Shown here one piece after another: positions 27,267-37,236 of a stretch of 64,000 nucleotides of DNA. This stretch comes from an uncultured Verrucomicrobia subdivision 3 bacterium (GTDB lineage: Bacteria > Verrucomicrobiota > Verrucomicrobiia > Limisphaerales > UBA8199). Under the pieces are notes generated by a model. It made no database searches and was not told the origin of the DNA. It worked only from the letters and a program-made list of their open reading frames with translations. The position numbers and the translations under genes are program-made. Position 1 is the stretch's first letter; each line of letters begins with the position of its first letter. The stretch covers positions 5,058 through 69,057 of the forward strand of contig CAIWMU010000234.1 in NCBI GenBank assembly GCA_903913865.1, written 5' to 3'.

Positions 27267-28121
27267 ATGAAGAACGCAACGCACAGCCTGCATCATTGTC
27301 TGATCCTTCTTGCCTGCCTCATGCTTGGCAATTCCGCCCAAGCGCAGGATCCCGCCAAAAGCAAATTTCTGAAAGGTCCCGCCCGGGCCCAGATGGGTGC
27401 GATCGGCCAGTTGGAGGTTCCGGTTGGTTTTCAGTTTCTGGACGGAAAATCCACCCGGGAACTGATGAAGGCGGAGGGGGAACCGGTCAGCGGTCAGGAG
27501 CAGGGGTTGCTGGTTCCGACGAACAGCGGGTGGTCGGTGATCTTTGAGTTCTCCGACATGGGCTATGTGAAGGATGACGACAAGGACAAGCTGGACGCCG
27601 ACAAACTGCTTCAGCAGATCAAGGAGGGCACAGAGGAGGCAAACAAGGAGCGGGTGGCGGCAGGGAACTCCCCCCTGGTGGTGATCGGATGGGAATTGCC
27701 GCCGAAGTATGATTCGACCAGCCACAATCTGGAGTGGGCCATTCGGGCGGAAAGCGAGGGCAGACCGATTCTGAACTACAATACCCGGCTCCTTGGGCGG
27801 AAGGGCGTCATGGAAGTGGTGTTGATCGTGGAACCGGACCGGCTCAAGGAAACCCTTCCCGAGTATCGGAAGGTTCTGGCCGGTTTCTCCTTCCAGACAG
27901 GCCAAAGTTATGCTGAATACAGGCCTGGGGACAAGGTGGCAAAATATGGGCTTGCAGCTCTGGTACTGGGCGGGGCGGCGGTGGGGGCGGCCAAACTGGG
28001 CTTGCTGGCCTGGGTGGCGGTTTTCTTCAAAAAGGCCTGGAAACTGGTTGTGTTGGGTGTGGCGGGAATCGCCACCTTCGTCAAAAAGCTTTTTGGACGG
28101 CGCACAGACAGGCAGGAATAG
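27267..28121 (+). CDS. DUF2167-family membrane-anchored protein
   Basis: Signal peptide. ...SVIFEFSDMGYVKDDDKDKLDADKLLQQIKEGTEEANKER...IGWELPPKYDSTSHNLEWA...YNTRLLGRKGVMEV... plus two C-terminal TM helices fit the DUF2167 layout. Confidence 0.7.
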   Translation: MKNATHSLHHCLILLACLMLGNSAQAQDPAKSKFLKGPARAQMGAIGQLEVPVGFQFLDGKSTRELMKAEGEPVSGQEQGLLVPTNSGWSVIFEFSDMGYVKDDDKDKLDADKLLQQIKEGTEEANKERVAAGNSPLVVIGWELPPKYDSTSHNLEWAIRAESEGRPILNYNTRLLGRKGVMEVVLIVEPDRLKETLPEYRKVLAGFSFQTGQSYAEYRPGDKVAKYGLAALVLGGAAVGAAKLGLLAWVAVFFKKAWKLVVLGVAGIATFVKKLFGRRTDRQE

Positions 28122-28138
28122 CATAACTCCCGACGCGC

Positions 28139-29314
28139 ATGAGTGACCAAGTGCTGCTCTGGTGCGTTCTGGTGGTGGTTTATGGCTGGGAATGCGCCTG
28201 CTGGCTGGGGCGGGACTCGGTGGCCCTGATCACATGGCTTGGCCGTGGCTGGCGTTTGCGCAACCCCGGCAGACTTGTGGGGAATCAACGGGGTGGTTTT
28301 GTCGCTGTGCCTCCCCTGCCTCCCCTGGGGACAATTCTGGTTGCCTCATCCCTTCCGGTCTCCCTCTCAGCGCAGGGGGTTCTGGGCTTTGTCTCCGCAA
28401 CGCTGGGGGCCGGTGGACGGTCTGCCCAATCCGGCGCCTTCTTCCGGATGGAGGATCTCGCGCAAATCCGCGTGCGAAACCGGAAGCTGTTCGTCGGGGG
28501 CAGGTTCCTGGCCCAATGCGATTCTGTCGTTGCCGCCAACCAACTGGCGGCGACACTGAAAGTGCTGGCAACCGCTCCCGCCGAAACGAGGGAGCGGGAG
28601 TTGCAGCGCATCGTGCGGTCCATGTTCCAGTTGGGCGGTTTGCAAACAGTCTGGAACACGTTTCAAGCCCGCTCGAGGGGCCTGCGCTGGTGCACGAACG
28701 CCCTGTTTTGCGATCTCTTCCTGATCATTCCGGCGGCGATCTGGTTCCTTGGGCTGGGTCGCACATGGGTGCCCCTGCTGGTTCTCCTTCTCGGCCTGAC
28801 CACCACTGCAGCGGTTTTGTTTCACCGGCTGCACCGGCAACTCTATCCTGAATTGGAGGACGAGCGTTTCACCCACTGCATTCTGGTCTGGCTCTCCCCG
28901 GCGACGTCGATCCGGGCGGTGGACACGCTGAGCCGTCCCCTGCTCCAGGCATACCACCCGCTGGTTGTTGCCGCACATTTTCTAAATCCGGCTGCCTTCC
29001 GTCCTTTCGCGACCCGGGTCCTGCTTGAGCTGCGCCATCCGGCGTTGCCAGTCTGCCCTGTGGGGGATGAGGCAGCTGTTGCCACGGAACTGTTCTGGCG
29101 CTCCCTGCTGCTTGGGGAGGTGGAGAGATTTCTGAAAAAACGGGAACTCGACCCGCAGGAATTGCTCGCCCCCCCCACCCTGGTGGAGGAATCCTGCAGC
29201 GCCTACTGCCCCCGGTGCCGCACCCAGTTCACCCGGGGAACCGATTCCTGTGCGGATTGCGGGGGGATGCCGCTGCTTCCTTTTTTCAAACCGGCCGGCA
29301 ACACACCCAAATGA
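28139..29314 (+). CDS. Multi-pass membrane protein with C-terminal zinc-ribbon (CPRC...CADC)
   Basis: Hydrophobic segments at the N-terminus and centre. C-terminal CSAYCPRCRTQFTRGTDSCADCGG. No family recognised. Confidence 0.55.
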   Translation: MSDQVLLWCVLVVVYGWECACWLGRDSVALITWLGRGWRLRNPGRLVGNQRGGFVAVPPLPPLGTILVASSLPVSLSAQGVLGFVSATLGAGGRSAQSGAFFRMEDLAQIRVRNRKLFVGGRFLAQCDSVVAANQLAATLKVLATAPAETRERELQRIVRSMFQLGGLQTVWNTFQARSRGLRWCTNALFCDLFLIIPAAIWFLGLGRTWVPLLVLLLGLTTTAAVLFHRLHRQLYPELEDERFTHCILVWLSPATSIRAVDTLSRPLLQAYHPLVVAAHFLNPAAFRPFATRVLLELRHPALPVCPVGDEAAVATELFWRSLLLGEVERFLKKRELDPQELLAPPTLVEESCSAYCPRCRTQFTRGTDSCADCGGMPLLPFFKPAGNTPK

Positions 29315-30372
29315 ACGAGGAACTGCAGGAAGAAACCCACCGTCTGGAACTTTCCTGGGCCCGCCATGCCCCGAACATGTTGCGGGAATACCTGGTGGCA
29401 GGAGTTGAGGATCCGCGGATCAACCTGCAGAGCCTGCTTTCGCGCCACTTCCTGATCCGCCTCGTCTCAGGGGGGCGGCATGAGGCTCTCATGCATGCCG
29501 AATACCTGTTCGCGGCTGCCATGAACCAGGTGCTTCGGCTGGGTGAAAATCTGGGGGAAGCCGGGGATGTGGCTGAGGTTGTCCATGCCCTGGAACGTGG
29601 AGCCGATCAGTGGGAGGGGGGCATGCTTTCCCGGTTCCTGTGCCGGCTCTGGAAGGAACTTTCAAGCAATGAGCCTCCGCACGGAAATTATGTGAAGGTG
29701 GCCCTCGAAACCATGGACTTCAGCCAGGGTCGTGCGCGGCTCTCCGATCAGGTGCTGGGAACCTACCAGGATCTGTGGCATGCGCGGATGCAGGCGGAGC
29801 CTCCGAAGCAGGCCTGGCGCTTGCGGGTGCTGGAGCCGGCCTGCGGTTCAGCCAATGATTACCGCTCCCTGAAAGCCTTCGGCATTGCCGGCCTGATCGA
29901 CTACACCGGCTTTGATTTGTGCGCCGCCAACATTGCCAACGCCCGAAGCCTGTTTCCGGATGTTCGTTTTGAGGTGGGGAACGTCTTTTCCATTCCGGTG
30001 GAGGATGGGGCTTTCGACGCCTGCTTCCTCCATGACCTGTTCGAGCACCTCTCCGGGATGGGGATAGAGCAGGCGGTGGGTGAGCTTTGCAGGGTGACGC
30101 GGCAGGCCATCCACGCCGGATGTTTCAACGTGGGGGATCTGGCTCAACACCACATAGAACCCTACGAGCAGTATCATTGGAACACGCTGAGTCCCGGCCA
30201 TTTGGAACGGGCGTTCTCCCATCATGGGTTTTCCACCCGCACGATCCATATTGGGACCTTCCTGCGGGATACTCTGGGATGCGAACGGACGCACAACCCG
30301 AACGCCACCAGCTTCGAGTTATGGCGCCGGGCATCGGGCAGCATGCGTGTTGAGAACTCCACTCTGGTTTGA
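29311..30372 (+). CDS. Class I SAM-dependent methyltransferase with ~170-aa N-terminal extension
   Basis: Motif I VLEPACGSAND and post-I/II ...DACFLHDLFEHL. ATG 29311 overlaps the upstream stop (ATGA). Confidence 0.75.
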   Translation: MNEELQEETHRLELSWARHAPNMLREYLVAGVEDPRINLQSLLSRHFLIRLVSGGRHEALMHAEYLFAAAMNQVLRLGENLGEAGDVAEVVHALERGADQWEGGMLSRFLCRLWKELSSNEPPHGNYVKVALETMDFSQGRARLSDQVLGTYQDLWHARMQAEPPKQAWRLRVLEPACGSANDYRSLKAFGIAGLIDYTGFDLCAANIANARSLFPDVRFEVGNVFSIPVEDGAFDACFLHDLFEHLSGMGIEQAVGELCRVTRQAIHAGCFNVGDLAQHHIEPYEQYHWNTLSPGHLERAFSHHGFSTRTIHIGTFLRDTLGCERTHNPNATSFELWRRASGSMRVENSTLV

Positions 30373-30450
30373 CTCCCTGCCCCATTCGGGTAGAGTAGGC
30401 TACCGGACGGTGCGGTGACTTTCACGGTGACGGTTTTCAGACTGACGAAT

Positions 30451-31191
30451 ATGTTTCAAAATGTCGGAGAGATGGCCCTGTTGTTCTGGCGTGCGATACT
30501 GGCTTTGCCGGTAGCGTGGCGGCAGAGGCGCAAGGTCTTTGAGCAATTCTTCGAGATCGGCAACGCGAGCCTCCTGATGGTCTGCCTCCTTTCCTTTTTC
30601 ATCGGGGCGGTGATCGCCCTGCAGACCGGCCCTATGCTTGTGGAGCGGTCGCTGTCGAGCGCAGTCGGCGGGGTTGTGGGTCTGGCGATCTGCCGGGAAC
30701 TTGCCCCGGTGCTGATGTCCATTCTCATCGCGGGCCGGATCGGCTCCGCCATGGCGGCTGAGATCGGTTCGATGCGGGTTTATCAGGAGATCGACGCCCT
30801 GCGGACCATGAACATCAACCCGATCCATTATCTGGTGGTCCCGAGGCTCGTTTCCATTGCCGTGGCACTGCCGCTGCTGGTGGTGTTCGCGATTCTGGTG
30901 GGCTGGCTGGGTGGTGCGGTGGTTTCCTTTTCAAACGACCGGATCGCGATACCCATCCAGACCTTCTACAGCAACCTGCGGGATGTCGTTGTGGTGAAGG
31001 ATGTCCTCAACGGCGTGTTCAAGAGTTTCGTTTTCGCCATCGTGATTGCGGTGGTCTCCTGCCATCAGGGCCTGACAACCCGGGATGGTCCCCGTGGCAT
31101 TGGACGGTCGGTGACGAAGGCCGTGGTCAACTCCATCGTGATCATTGTGATCGTGGATTACATTCTCACACGGGCACTACTTGGAGCATGA
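30451..31191 (+). CDS. mlaE: MlaE-family ABC transporter permease
   Basis: ...FIGAVIALQTGPML...GLAICRELAPVLMSILIAGRIGSAMAAEIGSMRVYQEIDAL are MlaE signature blocks. Alternative GTG start at 30415. Confidence 0.8.
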   Translation: MFQNVGEMALLFWRAILALPVAWRQRRKVFEQFFEIGNASLLMVCLLSFFIGAVIALQTGPMLVERSLSSAVGGVVGLAICRELAPVLMSILIAGRIGSAMAAEIGSMRVYQEIDALRTMNINPIHYLVVPRLVSIAVALPLLVVFAILVGWLGGAVVSFSNDRIAIPIQTFYSNLRDVVVVKDVLNGVFKSFVFAIVIAVVSCHQGLTTRDGPRGIGRSVTKAVVNSIVIIVIVDYILTRALLGA

Positions 31192-31952
31192 CATCAAAAG
31201 CCAATCATCGTTCCGGTGTCGGCCTGCAGGTGCGGGGGTTGCGGAGGAGCCTCGGGGGTCAGGAGATCCTGCGCGGTCTGGACTTTGATGTCCGGCCCGG
31301 GGAGATCTTCGTCATCATGGGGCCCAGCGGCAGCGGAAAATCGGTCCTGCTTCGGCACCTGATCGGTCTGGAGACGCCCAGTGAGGGGGAGATCCAGGTG
31401 GACGGGCAATCCATTCTGGCCGAGGGTGTGATGAACAAGTATCGCATCGCCATGGTTTTCCAGTCGGGTGGCCTGCTCAACTCCCTGACCGTCGGTGAAA
31501 ATGTGGGATTGTATCTTACCGAGCATCAGCTGAAGACCCCGGAGGAGATTGCCCGGGTGGTGGCTGAAAAGCTGGAGGATGTGGGACTGAAGGGGACGGA
31601 GGGAAAAATGCCCTCGGAACTTTCCGGCGGCATGAGAAAGCGTGTGGCCATAGCCCGTGCGCTGGCGATTGAGCCACAGTTGATTTTTTACGATGAACCG
31701 ACGAGCGAGCTGGATCCTCTTTCTTCGGTGGTGATCGCCGAGGAGATTGCGAGCCTCAACGAGCGCATCGGGGTCACCTCCGTGGTGGTTTCGCACGACC
31801 GGGAACTTTCGTTCGGGATTGCGGACCGGGTGGCGGTAATCAATGAGGGGCGCATCATCACGATTGGCACCCCTGCGGAAGTCCGGCGCTCGCCGGATCC
31901 CATGGTGCAGGAATTTTTGACCGCCGGGTTCAAGCGCCCGGCAACTGTCTAA
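31188..31952 (+). CDS. mlaF: MlaF-like ABC transporter ATP-binding protein
   Basis: Walker A GPSGSGKS, signature LSGGMRKRVAIARA, Walker B LIFYDEPTSELD. 4-nt ATGA overlap with the permease. Confidence 0.85.
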   Translation: MTSKANHRSGVGLQVRGLRRSLGGQEILRGLDFDVRPGEIFVIMGPSGSGKSVLLRHLIGLETPSEGEIQVDGQSILAEGVMNKYRIAMVFQSGGLLNSLTVGENVGLYLTEHQLKTPEEIARVVAEKLEDVGLKGTEGKMPSELSGGMRKRVAIARALAIEPQLIFYDEPTSELDPLSSVVIAEEIASLNERIGVTSVVVSHDRELSFGIADRVAVINEGRIITIGTPAEVRRSPDPMVQEFLTAGFKRPATV

Positions 31953-31955
31953 ATT

Positions 31956-32927
31956 ATGAAAAATACTCTGGAAACACGGCTCGGCCTGTTTGTGGTGCTC
32001 GCGGTCATGGCCGCGGTATTGATCCTCGAAACCCTGGGCGGGATGGAACATTTCAAGCGTGGGCTGGTGGTTCATGCCATGTTCAACAACATTCAGGACC
32101 TCAAGAAGGGGGACCGGGTGAAGATGGCCGGCCTTGAGATCGGCCGGGTGTCGGGCCTGCAGATCACCAACAACAAGGTGAAGGTCACCATGAAGCTGGA
32201 CTCCACCGCCGTGGTCAAGGTGGACAGCACCGTCAAAATCCAGTTCACCGGGCTGATGGGCCAGAACTTTGTCTCCCTGGACTTCGGCACACCCGCCGCG
32301 CAACCGGCTGAAAACGACACCATCCTGACCGGTGCCGAGCAACCCGGCATCAACGACATGATGGAGAAGATCAACAGCGTCGCTGTGGGTGTTGAAAACC
32401 TGACGAAGAGCTTTACCGGTGACAAGATCGACAACCTGCTCGGACCTCTCACCGATTTCTTCAAGGCAAACCAGACGCCGCTCACCGCCACCATCTCCAA
32501 CGTGCAGTTCATCACAAGCCAGGTCGCGCAGGGGAACGGCACCGTGGGCATGCTGATCAACGACAAGACTCTCTACAACACGGCCCTGCATTCCGTGAGC
32601 AACCTGCAGGATGTGGCTTCGGATATCCGCATGACGCTCGGCGAGGCGCGGAAGGTCGTGGATCAGGCGAATTCCGGCAAGGGCACCATCGGCCTGTTGC
32701 TCAAGGATGAGGCCCTGTATCGCGAGACCACTGCATCCGTCACCACCCTCAAGGAGATCCTTCTCAAAATCAACTCCGGCCAGGGATCTGTCGGGAAGCT
32801 GATCAATGACCCGGATCTCTACAAGAATGCCCGCATGACGATGCAAAAGCTGGATAAGGCAACCGAAGGTCTTGAGGACCAGGGCCCCCTCAGCATCATG
32901 GGGGTGATGATGAATGGATTGTTCTAA
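31956..32927 (+). CDS. mlaD: MCE-domain (MlaD-like) protein
   Basis: N-terminal TM, then the MCE block ...LKKGDRVKMAGLEIGRVSGLQ...VKVDSTVKIQFTGLMGQNFVSL, followed by a long helical tail. Confidence 0.8.
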   Translation: MKNTLETRLGLFVVLAVMAAVLILETLGGMEHFKRGLVVHAMFNNIQDLKKGDRVKMAGLEIGRVSGLQITNNKVKVTMKLDSTAVVKVDSTVKIQFTGLMGQNFVSLDFGTPAAQPAENDTILTGAEQPGINDMMEKINSVAVGVENLTKSFTGDKIDNLLGPLTDFFKANQTPLTATISNVQFITSQVAQGNGTVGMLINDKTLYNTALHSVSNLQDVASDIRMTLGEARKVVDQANSGKGTIGLLLKDEALYRETTASVTTLKEILLKINSGQGSVGKLINDPDLYKNARMTMQKLDKATEGLEDQGPLSIMGVMMNGLF

Positions 32928-33030
32928 GCCATTCCCCGCTGGAGTCATGCCTGTGCGCGGAGACGGGATGGCGGCAATCCACATCCACCCTTTTGCGGAG
33001 GCGGAGTAAAATACAAAGCACCCCTTTTTC

Positions 33031-33732
33031 ATGGAATCTCCCGCGCCCATTCTCAGCCTTCGGAACCTCAGCAAGGACTATGCGCCGGTTGAGGGGGGAA
33101 CAGCCCTGCCAGTGCTTCGGGATATCAATCTGGAGGTTTTCGCAGGCGAGCGCCTCTCCCTCATGGGGCCCTCCGGTTCAGGCAAAAGCACACTGCTCCA
33201 GATCATCGGCACACTCGACCGCCCCACCTCGGGAACGCTGGTTCTTAACGGACGGGATTTGAGCCGTTTGTCGGCCGATGAGTTGGCGGCAGTTCGCCAG
33301 AAGGAAATCGGTTTCGTTTTTCAATCACACTACCTGCTCCCGCAATGCACTGTTCTGGAGAATGTGCTGGTGCCGACGCTTGCGAATGGGGATGGGTCGA
33401 AAGATGTCGGCGCGCGCGCGGTCGCGTTGCTCGAGAGGGTGGGTCTCTCCGGACGCCTTCATCATCATCCCGGGCAGCTTTCAGGCGGGGAACGCCAGCG
33501 GGTGGCAGTGGCCCGGGCGTTGATCAACCGCCCCAAACTGTTGCTGGCGGATGAACCCACGGGGTCCCTCGATTTTGCCGCAGCACAAAGCCTCGCAACC
33601 CTGCTTCTGGAATTGAATCAGGAGCAACAGGTGACGCTCATTGTGGCCACACACTCCCGTGATCTGGCCGCCATTCTGGGGAATGTCTGCCTCCTGCGGG
33701 ATGGGCGGCTTTTGAAGGGGCAACACGCATGA
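33031..33732 (+). CDS. ABC transporter ATP-binding protein, LolD/MacB-type
   Basis: Walker A GPSGSGKST, Q-loop, LSGGERQRVAVARAL, LLLADEPTGSLD. Confidence 0.9.
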   Translation: MESPAPILSLRNLSKDYAPVEGGTALPVLRDINLEVFAGERLSLMGPSGSGKSTLLQIIGTLDRPTSGTLVLNGRDLSRLSADELAAVRQKEIGFVFQSHYLLPQCTVLENVLVPTLANGDGSKDVGARAVALLERVGLSGRLHHHPGQLSGGERQRVAVARALINRPKLLLADEPTGSLDFAAAQSLATLLLELNQEQQVTLIVATHSRDLAAILGNVCLLRDGRLLKGQHA

Positions 33733-33820
33733 GCCGGTGGCGTCCCGCTTTCAAATTCCCGGCCATGTTTCAGGCCCGGTTTGAGGTCCGCAGATCATCC
33801 TGCAGGGGTGCCGAGGCCTC

Positions 33821-36800
33821 ATGACCTGGGGGGGACTCATCCGGCGCAGCCTGCGCCACCACGCATGGGGCCATCTGGGAGTCGTCCTGGGATTGGGAAT
33901 TGCCACAGCCGCCCTGGTCGGGGCATTGGTGGTCGGGGATTCCGTCCGGGCAACGCTCCGGGCGGGTGCGCTGGAGCGGCTCGGCCCGATACATCACGCC
34001 CTGGACGCTGGGGACCGGTTCTTCAGCCAGAATCTCGCCGCGCGTCTGGCCCGGCACCCGGCCCTGGCCGCCGCGCCGGTTGCCGGGGTTTTGAGCCTTC
34101 CGGGAACGGCCAATCGTCCCGATCTTGCGGCACGGGCGAATCAGGTGCAGGTGCTTGGCGTGGGAGCGGATTCATGGCCCTCCTTCGCGGGTTGGGTGGA
34201 TGGCGCAGATCTGGCCGCGTGGAAGAATGGGGAAGCGGTCATCATCAATCAGGCACTGGCACTCCATCTGAGAGTCAGCCAGGGGGATGAACTCCTGCTG
34301 CGGGTTCGCAAGCCCTCTCTGCTTTCGGAGGATGCAGCCATAACCCCAAGGGACGATCTGGCCGTGGGGTTCAGGTTGAAGGTGGCGCGGATCATTGGTT
34401 CCGGTGACTTGGGGTCCATGAGCCTGCGTGCCGGACGCCCGGGCGTCATGAATGCCTTTCTGCCTCTCTCCGTTCTCGCAGCGCGAACCGGTCTGGAAGG
34501 CTCGGCCAACCTGCTCGCAGTGGGTCGGGGAACCGGTTCGGGTGCAGTGGATTCGGGGGCCTTGAAAGCAGCGCTTGGAGATTCGTTTGAGATTGAGGAT
34601 GCCGGTTTGCAACTGCTCACCAACACATCGGGCAGCCTGCAACTTGCGAGTTCCCGCGTGTTTCTCGAGGATGGCATTATCGCAGCCATTGATCGTGCGT
34701 GGCAGGCGCAGGAACAGCACCATCCGGGCAGCCAGCAGGCTCCGGTCTTCACCTACCTTGCAAACCTCATCACCGCCGGGACCAATAGCGTCCCCTATTC
34801 CATGGTCACAGCCTCCGCGCCTCCACTGGTGCCACAGGGGCTCGCCCCGGATGAGATGATCCTCACCGACTGGCTTGCGGCCGACCTTGGGGTTGCCGTC
34901 GGCGGGGGGATCGACCTGAGTTATTTCCTCCTTGAGAGCGGCTCCACCCTGGTGGAGAGGACAAACCACTTCCGGGTGAAATCCATCACCCCATTGGACA
35001 GCCTTCCGGATGGCCAGCGCCTGATGCCCGAATTTCCAGGGGTGGCGCGGGCCGAATCCACGCGGGACTGGGACACCGGATTTCCACTGCGTTACACCAT
35101 TCGTCCGCAGGATGAACAGTTCTGGCGCAAACACCGGGGCACACCCAAGGCCCTGATTTCGCTGGAGGCCGGCCGGAAAATGTGGAGCAGCCGCTTCGGG
35201 ACGCTTTCAGGCATCAGATACATACCCGGTGCCGGAACACCCCCCGCTTCCTGGGCCGCACAGTTTCGGGGTGAATTGCGGACGGCCCTGGATCCTGCAG
35301 TGATCGGGTTGCGGTTCGAACCGGTTCGGGAGCAGGCACTTGTGGCTGCTGTCGGATCACAGGATTTCGGGGGCCTGTTTCTGGCGTTCAGCTTTTTTGT
35401 CGTGATTGCGGCCCTTCTGCTCAGTTCACTGCTGTTCCGGTTCAACCTGGAACGTCGGGCCAATGAGACTGGAACCCTTCTCTCGGTGGGATTCACCCCC
35501 CGGCAGGTGACCCGGCTGCTGATGTCGGAGGCCTCCCTGGTGGCGGGTGCGGGTGCATTGCTTGGAATAGTTCTCGGTATTGGATATGCCCGCTGCCTGC
35601 TTTGGGCCCTCACAACCCTGTGGATTGATGCCACAAGCCTCACCCAGCTTCAGTTTGCCGTGACCCCCGCCAGTCTGCTCGGGGGCACCCTTGCAGGAAT
35701 GGTGGCGGGTATTTTCACGGCCTGGACCACCCTGCGGGGGCAGGCACGCCGCACAGCCCGTGAGTTGTTGAATGACCCGGTGGAGCCGTCCGGTCCGGGG
35801 CGTCCCACGGTTGCCCGGTTGCTGGCTGGCACCGGTCTCGCGGGGGCTGTTTCACTTGGCATCTGGGCCGGGAGACAGGGTGCCGGAGTTCAGGCACCGG
35901 CTTTCTTCGGTGCCGGGGCGCTTCTCCTGATTGGTGGAACGGCTGCTGCCAGGCTGATGCTTTCCGCGCTCAGAAACAGGGTGAACAGCCGGATCCTCAC
36001 CTTCTCTTCGCTGGCCCTTCGGAATAGTTGCCGGCGCCCCCGCCGCACCCTCGCAATGGTGGCTTTGCTCGCGAGTGGTTCCTTCCTGATTGTCGCCCCT
36101 GGAGTGTTCAGGCTGGAGGCCGGGAGGGAGTCTGCGAGAAGGGATTCCGGCACGGGCGGCTTCTCCTGGATCGGGGAGAGCAGCATCCCGATCACCCAGG
36201 ACCTGAACACAACCAATGGCCTGGAGTTTTACGGATTGAATGCGGGGCAATTGGCAGGGCTGCGGGTAACTCCCCTCCGTGTGAAAGATGGGGACGAGGC
36301 CAGCTGCCTGAACTTGAACCGCGCACGGAAGCCCCGGCTGCTGGGTGTGGACCCCGCGCTGCTAAAAGGCCGGTTCCAGTTTACCGCCGCCGCCCCCGGA
36401 TTGGACAAGACGGCAGGATGGGAGCTGCTGCGCAACCGTTCCTCCACGGGAGCTGATCTGGAGATTCCTGTGATCGGCGATGCCGCCTCAATCCAGTGGG
36501 CCATGGGCAGGCAGATGGGTGATGCCATGGATTATGAGGCTGAGGATGGTCGCAAGGTCCGCCTGAGAATCGTCGGGGCGGTCGCCAATTCGATTTTGCA
36601 GGGGAACCTGCTGATGGACGAGGCGCGCTTTCGGGAATTGTTTCCATCCGCCAGCGGGGCGCGGATGCTCTTCATCGACCTGCCAACCGGTGCGATTGGA
36701 GCGGAGACCAACATGGTCAGTGAACTCGCACGGGGACTGGCGGATACCGGGCTGGATCTTGTGCCCGCACCCCGCCGGCTCGCAGAGTTTAATGCCGTGC

Positions 36801-37186
36801 AGAACACTTACCTTGGGACCTTCCAGATGCTGGGGGGACTGGGCTTCCTGTTGGGAAGCGCGGGTCTTGCGCTGGTGGTTTTAAGGAACATTGAGGAGCG
36901 CAGGGGGGAATTGGCGCTCCTGAGTGCGGCGGGATTTTCCCAAGGCCGTCTGCAGAGGATGGTGATGCTTGAACACATCCTCCCCTTTCTGGGAGGTCTG
37001 GGACTGGGTCTCTCCTCGGCCGCAGTGGCGGTGGCACCAGCCCTGTTTTCCTCCACAACAGTGCCGTTGCCGGGGCCGCTGTGCCTGACGATCCTGCTGG
37101 TGCTGGTGAATGGATTTCTCTGCGCCTGGGGAGCAGTGCGCTTCGCACTCCGGGGCGAGTTGATGGTCTCCCTCAAGCGGGATTGA
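33821..37186 (+). CDS. Large FtsX-family ABC permease (two FtsX/MacB-type domains, 1121 aa)
   Basis: Two clusters of TM helices, around residues 500-620 and 990-1110, are each preceded by a large extracytoplasmic region. The gene follows the LolD-type ATPase. Confidence 0.8.
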   Translation: MTWGGLIRRSLRHHAWGHLGVVLGLGIATAALVGALVVGDSVRATLRAGALERLGPIHHALDAGDRFFSQNLAARLARHPALAAAPVAGVLSLPGTANRPDLAARANQVQVLGVGADSWPSFAGWVDGADLAAWKNGEAVIINQALALHLRVSQGDELLLRVRKPSLLSEDAAITPRDDLAVGFRLKVARIIGSGDLGSMSLRAGRPGVMNAFLPLSVLAARTGLEGSANLLAVGRGTGSGAVDSGALKAALGDSFEIEDAGLQLLTNTSGSLQLASSRVFLEDGIIAAIDRAWQAQEQHHPGSQQAPVFTYLANLITAGTNSVPYSMVTASAPPLVPQGLAPDEMILTDWLAADLGVAVGGGIDLSYFLLESGSTLVERTNHFRVKSITPLDSLPDGQRLMPEFPGVARAESTRDWDTGFPLRYTIRPQDEQFWRKHRGTPKALISLEAGRKMWSSRFGTLSGIRYIPGAGTPPASWAAQFRGELRTALDPAVIGLRFEPVREQALVAAVGSQDFGGLFLAFSFFVVIAALLLSSLLFRFNLERRANETGTLLSVGFTPRQVTRLLMSEASLVAGAGALLGIVLGIGYARCLLWALTTLWIDATSLTQLQFAVTPASLLGGTLAGMVAGIFTAWTTLRGQARRTARELLNDPVEPSGPGRPTVARLLAGTGLAGAVSLGIWAGRQGAGVQAPAFFGAGALLLIGGTAAARLMLSALRNRVNSRILTFSSLALRNSCRRPRRTLAMVALLASGSFLIVAPGVFRLEAGRESARRDSGTGGFSWIGESSIPITQDLNTTNGLEFYGLNAGQLAGLRVTPLRVKDGDEASCLNLNRARKPRLLGVDPALLKGRFQFTAAAPGLDKTAGWELLRNRSSTGADLEIPVIGDAASIQWAMGRQMGDAMDYEAEDGRKVRLRIVGAVANSILQGNLLMDEARFRELFPSASGARMLFIDLPTGAIGAETNMVSELARGLADTGLDLVPAPRRLAEFNAVQNTYLGTFQMLGGLGFLLGSAGLALVVLRNIEERRGELALLSAAGFSQGRLQRMVMLEHILPFLGGLGLGLSSAAVAVAPALFSSTTVPLPGPLCLTILLVLVNGFLCAWGAVRFALRGELMVSLKRD

Positions 37187-37236
37187 ATCCCGCCTGAAAG
37201 TAAAAGCCGGACACGCCGCGAACAGGCGGTTACGGA

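Noticed and set aside
31194-33074. A 626-aa minus-strand ORF. Similar very long antisense ORFs occur at 57310..59469 (719 aa), 44556..45995 (479 aa), 38478..39926 (482 aa), 2155..3540 (461 aa), 47477..48943 (488 aa), 26919..28124 (401 aa) and 12783..13763 (326 aa).
   Set aside because: Each lies exactly opposite a gene with unmistakable conserved motifs (mlaF/mlaD, GH44, sufB, sdhA, the NtrC-type regulator, GT2/GT4, DUF2167, the AsmA-like protein). Their translations are Arg/Gly/Pro/His-rich low-complexity sequence with no recognisable domain. Shadow ORFs of this kind are expected in GC-rich DNA.
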